A stretch of 43,560 nucleotides of DNA from an uncultured Eubacteriales bacterium (GCA_902788795.1 CADALS010000009.1:1-43560), one strand, 5' to 3'; positions 8,756-16,621 are shown, counted from the first letter of the stretch. A program made the numbers and translations. Notes: generated by a model not told the origin, from the letters alone.

Positions 8756-9724
8756 ATGAAAATTCTCAACACCATCAAAGAACTCTACGGCATGGAGGGC
8801 ACCATCCAGGCTACTGCGGACAAGTACGGCTGCCAGCTGGAATACAGGCGCCCCAAAGAGCTCACCCACGACTACCTTCTGGACTTCGACATCATCCTGG
8901 GCAACCCGCCGGAGGACATTCTTTACGACCTGCCCAAACTCAAGCTGCTGCAGCTCCAGTCCGCCGGCAGCGATAACTACGCCAAGCTCCCCATATTCCA
9001 CGGAGAAAACGCCCCCGCCCTCTGCAACGCCACCGGCTGCTACGGCGTTACCATTGCGGAGCACATGGTAGGCTTCATCCTTGCTATCATCAGGGATTTC
9101 CTGCCCTACCGCGATGCCATGCACACTCACACATGGAGCCACATCCGCACCCCCGAGACCATAAACGGCAAAAAGGCCCTCATAATAGGCCTCGGAGATA
9201 TTGGCAGCCACTTTGCCAAGCTCATGGACGCCTTCGGCTGCGAAGTCTACGCCATCAAGCGCACCATGACCGCTCCTCCCGAATACATAAAGGAGATCCA
9301 CCCGCTTACAGACCTGGACAGCCTGCTGCCGGAAATGGACTTTGTTGCCCTTTCGCTGCCACAAAGCCCCCAGACCACGCACGTTATAAACGCTCACACG
9401 CTCAGCCTCATGAAGCCGGAAGCCGTGGTTATCAACGTGGGGCGCGGCTCCGCCGTAGATAACCTGGCCCTGGCCGATGCACTGAAAAACGGCACCATCA
9501 AGGGCGCCGCTCTGGACGTTACTGAGCCCGAACCGCTTCCGGAAGACCACCCGCTCTGGGACTGCGAGAACTGCCTCATAACCCCGCATTCCTCCGGCAA
9601 GTACTTCCAGAGGGACCCGCACCTGCGCATCCTGAGGCTCTGGCAGGACAACCTGGAGGCCTTAATGGACGGCCGCCCCCTGCAGAACATTGTGGACCTT
9701 GCCACCGGCTACAAGAAAAGATAG
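8756..9724 (+). CDS. D-isomer-specific 2-hydroxyacid dehydrogenase family protein
   Basis: It has the NAD-binding motif GLGDIGSHFAKL and the catalytic region NVGRGSAVD...LDVTEPEPLP...ITPHSSG. Confidence 0.85.
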   Translation: MKILNTIKELYGMEGTIQATADKYGCQLEYRRPKELTHDYLLDFDIILGNPPEDILYDLPKLKLLQLQSAGSDNYAKLPIFHGENAPALCNATGCYGVTIAEHMVGFILAIIRDFLPYRDAMHTHTWSHIRTPETINGKKALIIGLGDIGSHFAKLMDAFGCEVYAIKRTMTAPPEYIKEIHPLTDLDSLLPEMDFVALSLPQSPQTTHVINAHTLSLMKPEAVVINVGRGSAVDNLALADALKNGTIKGAALDVTEPEPLPEDHPLWDCENCLITPHSSGKYFQRDPHLRILRLWQDNLEALMDGRPLQNIVDLATGYKKR

Positions 9725-9743
9725 CCTCCCTCTGTAATAAAAG

Positions 9744-9774
9744 AACAGACTGGCAAAAGCCAGTCTGTTTTTTG
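9744..9774 (+). terminator. Rho-independent terminator
   Basis: The hairpin is aacagactgg-caaaag-ccagtctgtt, followed by TTTTT. Confidence 0.8.
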
Positions 9775-10150
9775 GTACGATTTTAAATAACGGATTTAGT
9801 GAAGTTGCAGCCAGGTAAGTGTTCATTCTCGTATCCAAAAGCTATATACATCCTTCATTAAAGCGTGAAAAGACATTGGCGATACATCGATTATTAATGG
9901 TGCCGTCTGTGCTTTACCCATGCCCATGTCAACAAAGAACCTATTAATAATTGCTGTAGCAACAGTACATATTGCGGATGGAATAAGGATAGATAAATAA
10001 AATGCTATTAAAGCATGCTTGGTTATTCATTAGAAAATATAATCAAAGCCTCTTAGATTTTCTTTAGAAAGGGCTCAGTAAGTTTTTTAGAAATTTTTTT
10101 AGAAATAGGCCGTTTTGGGTGGAAATTGGAGGCTTTTCAAAAATGTGCAA

Positions 10151-10179
10151 GGGCCTGAAATCGTTGAGATTTCAAGCCC
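10151..10179 (-). terminator. Probable terminator downstream of tRNA-Pro
   Basis: The hairpin gggcctgaaatc-gttga-gatttcaagccc has 12 bp with 1 mismatch. On the minus strand it is followed by ttgcacattttt. Confidence 0.5.
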
Positions 10180-10187
10180 TCGTGGGT

Positions 10188-10263
10188 TGGTCGGAGTGCC
10201 GGGATTTGAACCCGGGGCCTCTTGGTCCCGAACCAAGCACGCTACCATCTGCGCTACACCCCG
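10188..10263 (-). tRNA. tRNA-Pro (anticodon CGG), CCA encoded
   Basis: The reverse complement folds as a cloverleaf: CGGGGTG-TA-GCGC-AGATGGTA-GCGT-G-CTTGG-TTCGGGA-CCAAG-AGGCC-CCGGG-TTCAAAT-CCCGG-CACTCCG-A-CCA. It has C1:G72 and A73, as in bacterial tRNA-Pro. Confidence 0.95.
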
Positions 10264-10320
10264 ATACCAGCTGCCTATCCGGCGGACCGGACAAGGCTAT
10301 ATAATATGCTCCGAAAAATC
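10222..10320. repeat. attL: left copy of a perfect 99-bp direct repeat (tRNA-Pro positions 1-42 plus 57 bp upstream of the tRNA)
   Basis: It is identical base for base to 22511-22609. The two track ORFs that start MVPNQARYHLRYTPIPAAYPADRTRLYNMLRKI arise from this repeat. Confidence 0.95.
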
Positions 10321-10350
10321 AATCAAAGAAAGGAATTAAGAGTACTTACT

Positions 10351-11313
10351 ATGAGACAACTTTCAATTAACAATCAAACAAGAAACAAAGAACTCCTTAT
10401 CAAGAATGAAACAACTTTTAATGATCTTTTTAGTCTGTTTTTGACTGCCAAGAAAGCCATTGGAGTACAAGACAAAACACTTGATACATATCGCTTTCAT
10501 TTTAGTGCAATCAGACATTATTTGAACACTGAGAAAGCAATATCGGAACTATCAAAACAAGATTTTGACTTAATGATAATTAAGATGCGTAATTCCAATC
10601 TGGCTCCTAGAAGCATAAAAAGTTATTTAACTACACTGAGAGCATACTTAAACTGGTGCAAATCCGAAGGATACTGTGACATTACTATTGGTAAGTTCAA
10701 ATGTCCTGAAACATATAAAGATCCATATACTGACGAAGAATTGAAAGTGCTTCTTCAAAAACCATGTGTCAATACTTGTTCATTTTCTGAATACAGGAAT
10801 TGGGTAATGATCAATTTCCTTTTAGATACTGGTTGCCGTTCTGCCACATTGCGATTAATCCAGATTCAAGACTTGGATTTAGATCGAGGTATTTGTTACT
10901 ACAGACACACGAAGAATGCACGAGTTCAGTCAATTCCCTTGAGTTCCAAAATGATAAATATATTGAAAGAGTATCTATTGTTCAGAAAAGGATCACTAGA
11001 AGATGTTTTGTTCTGCTCTATTTATGGTCAACCCCTTAACGAAACAGCATTAAGAAAAGCTATATATAGCTATAACAAATCTAGAGGAGTAAATAAAACT
11101 AGTGTCCATTTGTTTCGACATACTTTTGCAAAAAAGTTTCTACTAGACTGTAATGGAAGCGCGCTCATACTACAACAACTATTGGGTCATACCACACTTG
11201 ATATGACAAAGCATTACTGTAACCTATACAGTTCTGATATAATCCATTCTTATGATCGACTCTCTCCGCTTTCGCAAATCCAGAAAAAGAATGAGAGAAT
11301 AAAAATGCGTTAA
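10351..11313 (+). CDS. int: Tyrosine-type site-specific integrase (XerC/D-like, phage integrase family)
   Basis: I chose the start at the ATG at 10351 (MRQLSINNQ). The track ORF start at 10222 is a TTG inside the tRNA repeat. Catalytic-region motifs are LLDTGCRSATL, VHLFRHTFAKKFL and LLGHTTLDMTKHY. Confidence 0.9.
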   Translation: MRQLSINNQTRNKELLIKNETTFNDLFSLFLTAKKAIGVQDKTLDTYRFHFSAIRHYLNTEKAISELSKQDFDLMIIKMRNSNLAPRSIKSYLTTLRAYLNWCKSEGYCDITIGKFKCPETYKDPYTDEELKVLLQKPCVNTCSFSEYRNWVMINFLLDTGCRSATLRLIQIQDLDLDRGICYYRHTKNARVQSIPLSSKMINILKEYLLFRKGSLEDVLFCSIYGQPLNETALRKAIYSYNKSRGVNKTSVHLFRHTFAKKFLLDCNGSALILQQLLGHTTLDMTKHYCNLYSSDIIHSYDRLSPLSQIQKKNERIKMR

Positions 11314-11385
11314 TTAATATTGCGTCAACTCAAATGGCCTTACAAGCCTTAAAATCGCCCCTTACAAAGACGAAGATGTCGTTAA

Positions 11386-11440
11386 GGATCTTATGCTTCG
11401 CCGCTTTCGCAAATCCAGAAAAAGGCGAAAGAATAAAAAT
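11386..11440 (+). pseudogene. Relic of a second integrase 3' end
   Basis: Nucleotides 11401-11424 are identical to 11266-11289, and 11430-11440 are identical to 11296-11306. The in-frame translation GSYASPLSQIQKKAKE* parallels the integrase C-terminus HSYDRLSPLSQIQKKNERIKMR*. A stop lies immediately upstream. Confidence 0.7.
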
Positions 11441-11472
11441 ATATCACAAGTGTAAATGAGGAGGAAGAATCG

Positions 11473-11724
11473 ATGTGTAAGAAACTATCATTTGACAACC
11501 AAAGGCAAAGAGAATTTGAAGCACTTCGCAGTAAAGCACTGCAAGAGGATGCAACTCAAGAGGATCTGGCTAGACTTGCATACTGGCTCGATACAAATGA
11601 TCCAAGCAATTATGACGGAGAAGAAGTATGTTTTGATTTAGGTGGAGGTAAAAAACTGTGCATAATCCTTGAACCCACTGGCGCGGAGGATGAGTATGTA
11701 GATGACGGGTACTATATTATCTAA
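11473..11724 (+). CDS. Hypothetical protein (83 aa, acidic C-terminus)
   Basis: An AGGAGG lies 9 nt upstream of the ATG. I recognise no motif. Confidence 0.55.
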   Translation: MCKKLSFDNQRQREFEALRSKALQEDATQEDLARLAYWLDTNDPSNYDGEEVCFDLGGGKKLCIILEPTGAEDEYVDDGYYII

Positions 11725-11730
11725 AGTTAA

Positions 11731-11754
11731 AGAGTAGGAGGTTTCTCCTACTCT
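11731..11754. terminator. Hairpin between convergent genes
   Basis: The hairpin is agagtaggag-gttt-ctcctactct. It overlaps the stop codon of the minus-strand RHH gene. Confidence 0.55.
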
Positions 11755-11939
11755 ATTTCAATATTATCAACACCATATTCTAGTATAATGTTGATCAATT
11801 CATTTCTCGAATAATTGATTTCTGATGCCAACTTATCAAGTTTCTCCAAAGTGTCCACTTGAATGCGAACAGTTATTATCTTGTTTCCATCGTCTCCGCG
11901 ACGCTTAATCTTTAATGTGTCGGTTTTCATGCCAGTCAC
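11748..11939 (-). CDS. Ribbon-helix-helix (CopG/Arc-like) DNA-binding protein
   Basis: KIITVRIQVDTLEKLDKLASEINYSRNELINIILEYGV fits a beta-strand followed by helix-turn-helix, as in RHH proteins. Confidence 0.6.
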   Translation of the reverse strand: MTGMKTDTLKIKRRGDDGNKIITVRIQVDTLEKLDKLASEINYSRNELINIILEYGVDNIEIE

Positions 11940-12060
11940 CTTTCACTAATGTAATAATTTTAACTTGTACTAGTGAAATATAATATGTTACAATTATCAT
12001 GCTAATATAGTATCTATGTGTAATACTACACGAATGTTTTTAATGTATCGGAGGGAAAAA

Positions 12061-12495
12061 ATGAAAAAGACACTATGCCTCATACTTGCAATTATCTTAG
12101 CGTTATCATTGGTTGCTTGTGGTAATTCTTCTTCAAACACCACGAATAATACAAACTCACAATCAAGCGAAGAATCCATTGAACAACTTGCCGTATTGCA
12201 ATTATATCTTGCACTAAAAGAACGAAAACTAATAATGGATGGACAAAAGATGACAGGGCTTCTAAATGAAAATGTAGACGCAGGGCATTGTTCATATAAG
12301 ATTACAAGTAAGACTAATTCAGGTTTTTATTACGTTAAAGGTTTGGTTTACTTAAAAAATGAATACGACCGTAGTGTAGGCTGCAATTATGGGGATAAAG
12401 GAAGTTCAACACTTTATTTTGTTATTCAAATTAATAAAGCTACATTTGATGCAAAGTGTGTCCATCTCTATGATAAACAACCCAGTATTTACTAG
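12061..12495 (+). CDS. Island-encoded lipoprotein of unknown function
   Basis: I chose the start at the ATG at 12061, which follows GGAGGG. MKKTLCLILAIILALSLVACGNSSS is a signal peptide with lipobox LVAC, followed by an S/N/T-rich linker. Confidence 0.8.
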   Translation: MKKTLCLILAIILALSLVACGNSSSNTTNNTNSQSSEESIEQLAVLQLYLALKERKLIMDGQKMTGLLNENVDAGHCSYKITSKTNSGFYYVKGLVYLKNEYDRSVGCNYGDKGSSTLYFVIQINKATFDAKCVHLYDKQPSIY

Positions 12496-12514
12496 AATCA
12501 TTTGAGTACAATGT

Positions 12515-12545
12515 AAAAAGGAGGGAGAATATATCCCTCCTTTTT
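12515..12545. terminator. Bidirectional terminator
   Basis: The hairpin is aaaaaggaggga-gaatata-tccctccttttt, placed between the lipoprotein gene (+) and the WYL gene (-). Confidence 0.75.
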
Positions 12546-12571
12546 AAATGTTTGTGATTTCTAGAAAGTGA

Positions 12572-13699
12572 TTAATAGTTATTAAGAATAGTTTTTAAAT
12601 GAATCTGATACTCTTCTCGAACTTGTTTAGGCGCGACAATTTCAACATTTGATCCAAATCCGCAAAGCCAACCGAAAAACTGTGGACTAACCTCTACATC
12701 ACAATTAACTTGAAAGTGTTCATCATCTATTCGTGAATATAAGGCGGTTTTCGTTCCGAAGCGATCAAGCACAGTATCTAATAGTGAGTTGTCGAACCGC
12801 AAACTAACACTTGTTTTCTCCCCTCCATACATAGAAAACACTCGTTGCGTATAGTTTTTCACATCAAGTGCTTTTATGGCATCCAAACCACCTCTTGGTT
12901 GGCCAGTGAGTTTAATGTTCTTCATGCGGTCAACTCTATATGTCCGTACATCTCGTTTTCCATCATCATATGCAAGTAAATAGTAGTTCCCATCACTGAT
13001 TATGAGATAATATGGACTGACTGTATACTGCTTGCTCCGGACGACTGGTTTTTCAACATTTGTGATTTCATATCTGGCATATTTAAAACTAATCTTCTCT
13101 GGAATGTGTTTTTTCCTGTTTTGTTCTGTTGCCATTGCATCACGAATCAAATCAATGTTTGTCAACACGGTTTTATTTAGCGTCTTGACTCGATCTACAA
13201 CGACTGCATCCGTTTTTATTTTACGTGCCTGATATTCACTTACATTTTCCAGAAGTATATTAGCCAGTCTTTCTGCAGAATCTGATGGAATAAACTTTGT
13301 TGAATATACACATTCAGTAATTAACCGGATATCATTTAACTGGAATTCTCTCGCTTCTGGGTTTATATAGAATCCCTTTTTCGCCCTCTTGATCATTAGT
13401 TTTTTGTTATCATCTGCTTCGGCAATTATCTTTTCGGCCTCATCAATAGTGCAGTTTTCCTTCATCATCACATAGACTTTATTTAGATCCTCTATATCTT
13501 TATAAATAGATCTGCGTTCTGCATCAATTCCAAAAGCATCTAAATCCGCAGCAATATCATCGGCGGCAATTGGATTGTATTCATCAGATCGTTTCTGTAG
13601 AATTTGCAGAACAAGATAAAGCTTTGCACGCTGATTTGATTTTCTTCCACTATTCGGTTTGTTATTGACCTGGCGCGATTCGTTTTTTTCGAATTCCAT
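12572..13699 (-). CDS. HTH-WYL-WCX transcriptional regulator (BrxR/CapW/PafBC-like architecture)
   Basis: The N-terminal wHTH is KLYLVLQILQKRSDEYNPIAADDIAADLDAFGIDAERRSIYKDIEDL. The WYL core is YTVSPYYLIISDGNYYLLAYDDGKRDVRTYRVDRMKNIKL. The C-terminal extension is FFGWLCGFGSNVEIVAPKQVREEY. Confidence 0.85.
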   Translation of the reverse strand: MEFEKNESRQVNNKPNSGRKSNQRAKLYLVLQILQKRSDEYNPIAADDIAADLDAFGIDAERRSIYKDIEDLNKVYVMMKENCTIDEAEKIIAEADDNKKLMIKRAKKGFYINPEAREFQLNDIRLITECVYSTKFIPSDSAERLANILLENVSEYQARKIKTDAVVVDRVKTLNKTVLTNIDLIRDAMATEQNRKKHIPEKISFKYARYEITNVEKPVVRSKQYTVSPYYLIISDGNYYLLAYDDGKRDVRTYRVDRMKNIKLTGQPRGGLDAIKALDVKNYTQRVFSMYGGEKTSVSLRFDNSLLDTVLDRFGTKTALYSRIDDEHFQVNCDVEVSPQFFGWLCGFGSNVEIVAPKQVREEYQIHLKTILNNY

Positions 13700-13724
13700 A
13701 TAAGACTCCGGGAAAGAATTCAGT

Positions 13725-13762
13725 TATGTATGAATGTGCACTTTCAGTTACCATTATACATA
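13725..13762. promoter_or_regulatory. Imperfect inverted repeat in the divergent WYL/phosphoesterase intergenic region (candidate operator)
   Basis: TATGTATGAATG (13725-13736) and CATTATACATA (13752-13762) are inverted apart from one extra G. A GTGCAC palindrome lies between them. Confidence 0.4.
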
Positions 13763-13846
13763 GATATAGTGCAAAAAGCCAAAGGATCTTCGTTTACAAA
13801 ACTGGCTGTTCAGTGATATATTTTATATTAATAGATTTACGCATAC

Positions 13847-15961
13847 TTGCTTGATGAAATAGGGAAAACAAATCAAACCAAAGAAATGTTAATTAAAACA
13901 TTGGAATTTGACAAGGATCCCAACGGTATCATGAAGTATTTTGCTGTTCAATTACTAACGCCTGAAATATGTTTAATGGGGATTAAGCAAAGCTGGGCTA
14001 ACCTTCAGTACATTCCAGTCAAATACAGAACTGAAGAAATATGCAATATAGCACTTGAAGAATCTATTAACGCTTTCAGATACGTGCCTGATCAATACAA
14101 AACAAAAGATCTATGCTATAAGGCGGTTAGCGCGAATTGTGACCTATTTAGATATGTCCCAAAAGAGAAAAAAACTGAGGAGTTATATCGCTTATCACTC
14201 AGGAGTGTAGCACCATGTCTTGAGAATAATCAGAAACTGTTGTCATATGATAAACCAAAAGAACAAAACAGCAACATACTATTGAAGAGCGCTGTAAAAA
14301 CAGTCAGTTTACCAAGCCTGGCGGAATTGGCGATAACTGTCAAGGAGCAGTCACAGAATGGCATTAACCAGTATACTTTATTACCGCATGATGAACCCTT
14401 ATATGTTTTCGATTTACATCTGGAGCACCAACTTAATATCATAGGAAAGACTGTAGATCAAATTGAAAAACAAATACGTAATATGCTAGATGAAACCCAC
14501 ATTCAACAATTATTTTATATGCATGATCCATTAATAGTTGGCGGGGACGTTGCTAGTTCAATTAGTTTAGAGTCCTTATTCTATAAGACATTACGTGATT
14601 ATTGGAGAGGTCCCATTATTGGCATATTGGGAAATCATGAGTTATGGGATTGCAAAACAGAAGACAATAGTAAAAAAAACATAGAACAAATAATAGCCGA
14701 ATATAGAGAAGTGTTCAGTCAGAATGGATGCATTTTATTACATAACGATTTGTTAGTCTGCAAAGGTATAAATAATTGGTCTCTTATTAGCGAAGAGACG
14801 ATCTTGAGAATTAGTGATGAAGAACTCAAGGGATTTATAGAGAAATCCTATTATGCCATTCTTGGGGGCCTTGGTTTTTCTGGATATGATCAAAAGTACA
14901 ATTCGGAATTGGGTTTATATGCAGACTCAATTACTACAATAGCCGATGACAAGAAGAATAGTGACAGATTTCATGCTGTCTATGATAAAGTTATGCGTTG
15001 TTCTGGGAAAAAACAGATAGTAGTAGTTACACATATGCCATTGCATAGTATAGGCATATCACAACTCGCTGCAAATTGTATATATCTTAATGGACATACA
15101 CATCAAAATTCCATTCAGAAGCATAAAAACGGCGCGATTATTCTATCTGATAACCAGATTGGATATGAACCATGTAAATGGCGCTTTAAGTCCTTTTCTA
15201 TTCTACATCAGCAGTATAACCCATTTGAGGATCTTCCTAGTGGTATCTTTAAAGTAGATAGAAGAGACTATCTTGCTGTTAATGCTGCATACGGGATAAG
15301 CTTGGAAAGTTTTAAGAAGAAAGGGGATGTAATACTAGTAAAGAACGCAGGAGTTTCAATGTTCTTTTTAATGACGACTAATGTCAAAGGTAAGGTTAAA
15401 ACATACATTCTGGAAGGTGCTAGAATCCATGAAACAGATAAGGATTTAGAATACTATTATAACAATATCCCTCGATACACTGAAATCGTAAAAAATGCAT
15501 ATGCGCCATACTATGAGTCATTATGTAAAATATCGGATGAGGTAAAATCATTCGGTGGCAGCGGGCGCATACATGGGTGCATTGTTGATATAGATTTCTA
15601 TAATCATATTTATCTGAACCCAATAGATGGTAAGGTGTCATATTATTATGCATTAGATATGTCAAGTAGAACAGTAATGCCAAATATGGAACGACTATTA
15701 AAAGGTTCTAATTTGCTCAAATCCTATAAAAAACAGCAGAAGAAAGGCAATCTAGTAACGCTTAATTCGTCATCCATTAATCAAGCTATAGTACCAAAGG
15801 AAATGTATGGGACTGAAATGTATAGACCTTCAAATTCACTGCTCAAATTACAATACCTTGTTGAAGACAACATAATTAGAGTTTGGAAAGATGAGGTTCT
15901 AACTGAAACGCGCAAGCGGATTTCAGATGGTACAAAGCAGGGAAAACTAAGAAAAAAATAG
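13847..15961 (+). CDS. DUF4116-repeat / calcineurin-like metallophosphoesterase fusion protein with an unassigned ~280-aa C-terminal domain
   Basis: The repeats are LQYIPVKYRTEEICNIAL, FRYVPDQYKTKDLCYKAV and FRYVPKEKKTEELYRLSL. The metallophosphoesterase motifs appear in canonical order: VFDLH, VGGDVA, LGNHE, VVTHMP and NGHTHQ. The start is uncertain: either the TTG at 13847 or the first ATG at 13886. Neither has a strong RBS. Confidence 0.8.
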   Translation: MLDEIGKTNQTKEMLIKTLEFDKDPNGIMKYFAVQLLTPEICLMGIKQSWANLQYIPVKYRTEEICNIALEESINAFRYVPDQYKTKDLCYKAVSANCDLFRYVPKEKKTEELYRLSLRSVAPCLENNQKLLSYDKPKEQNSNILLKSAVKTVSLPSLAELAITVKEQSQNGINQYTLLPHDEPLYVFDLHLEHQLNIIGKTVDQIEKQIRNMLDETHIQQLFYMHDPLIVGGDVASSISLESLFYKTLRDYWRGPIIGILGNHELWDCKTEDNSKKNIEQIIAEYREVFSQNGCILLHNDLLVCKGINNWSLISEETILRISDEELKGFIEKSYYAILGGLGFSGYDQKYNSELGLYADSITTIADDKKNSDRFHAVYDKVMRCSGKKQIVVVTHMPLHSIGISQLAANCIYLNGHTHQNSIQKHKNGAIILSDNQIGYEPCKWRFKSFSILHQQYNPFEDLPSGIFKVDRRDYLAVNAAYGISLESFKKKGDVILVKNAGVSMFFLMTTNVKGKVKTYILEGARIHETDKDLEYYYNNIPRYTEIVKNAYAPYYESLCKISDEVKSFGGSGRIHGCIVDIDFYNHIYLNPIDGKVSYYYALDMSSRTVMPNMERLLKGSNLLKSYKKQQKKGNLVTLNSSSINQAIVPKEMYGTEMYRPSNSLLKLQYLVEDNIIRVWKDEVLTETRKRISDGTKQGKLRKK

Positions 15962-16024
15962 AGTGTATCAGAGGGTATTATAGAATAGGCATAAGAGACA
16001 GATAAATAACAATAGTCTAAATAT

Positions 16025-16606
16025 CTAAAGGGAGCTGTTATCGGCCCCTTTTCTATTACGAATAAGCGTGCTTTTGCTAATTCCTGTAATTGCCTCTACC
16101 TGTTTGTATGTCATGCCTTGTAATAGTAAATCCAGTGCATGTGCAATTTGTTGAGGCTTATATTTCTTTGGTCTTCCTTCTCGGAAGTTGGGATCCTGCC
16201 TGGCTACAGTCTTCCCTTCCTGAGTTCGCTCTACGATCATATCTCTCTCAAACTGTGCAAACGCTAATAATACATTGCGCAGCAGTGTGCTCATGCTGTC
16301 ATTAGAAAGAATTCCAAGATTTAAAACATTGACTGTTATTCCTCTATCTATAAGCTTAGTGATCAAATCGCTAGCTTGCGAAACTGAACGCGCAAACCTG
16401 TCAAGCTTTGTCACAATCAAGGTGTCTCCATCTTCTATTTTTTCTAGCAATCTCTGGAGGTTTGGTCTATCCATCTTAGTGCCAGTAAAAGAGTCCTTAT
16501 AGATCTTTTGCGCGCCGTTCTGTATTAGCGAATTAACTTGTGCTTCTAAACTGTTACCATCTTTAGCTTGTCCCCTTGTTGATACTCTAGCATATCCATA
16601 AACCAT
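16025..16606 (-). CDS. Small serine recombinase (resolvase/invertase family)
   Basis: It has [13 protein letters not shown] (catalytic Ser), [12 protein letters not shown] and [16 protein letters not shown], plus a C-terminal HTH ([20 protein letters not shown]). Confidence 0.9.
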   Translation of the reverse strand: MVYGYARVSTRGQAKDGNSLEAQVNSLIQNGAQKIYKDSFTGTKMDRPNLQRLLEKIEDGDTLIVTKLDRFARSVSQASDLITKLIDRGITVNVLNLGILSNDSMSTLLRNVLLAFAQFERDMIVERTQEGKTVARQDPNFREGRPKKYKPQQIAHALDLLLQGMTYKQVEAITGISKSTLIRNRKGADNSSL

Positions 16607-16621
16607 TGTTTGCCTCCTTAT

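Noticed and set aside
8498-9622. The 374-aa minus-strand ORF.
   Set aside because: It lies antisense to the VanY-like and 2-hydroxyacid dehydrogenase genes, both of which carry clear catalytic motifs. Its translation is low-complexity and rich in Gly/Ala/Val.
9788-9802. A possible remnant of the tRNA 3' end (CGGATTT...GAA), which would be an old att repeat at the far edge of the AT-rich segment.
   Set aside because: Only about 7 contiguous nucleotides match the tRNA T-arm region, which is indistinguishable from chance.
10222-10350. The N-terminal extension of the integrase ORF (MVPNQARYHLRYTPIPAAY...) and the twin ORF at 22511..22801.
   Set aside because: Both start at a TTG inside the 99-bp tRNA-derived repeat, so they are translations of tRNA and att DNA. 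The integrase has a proper ATG at 10351. The 22511 ORF also runs antisense into the DUF4428 gene.
11748-11939. Treating the RHH protein as the antitoxin of a toxin-antitoxin pair.
   Set aside because: It has no co-directional partner ORF. The downstream side is a convergent gene and terminator, and the upstream side is a divergent lipoprotein gene. A stand-alone repressor is more likely.
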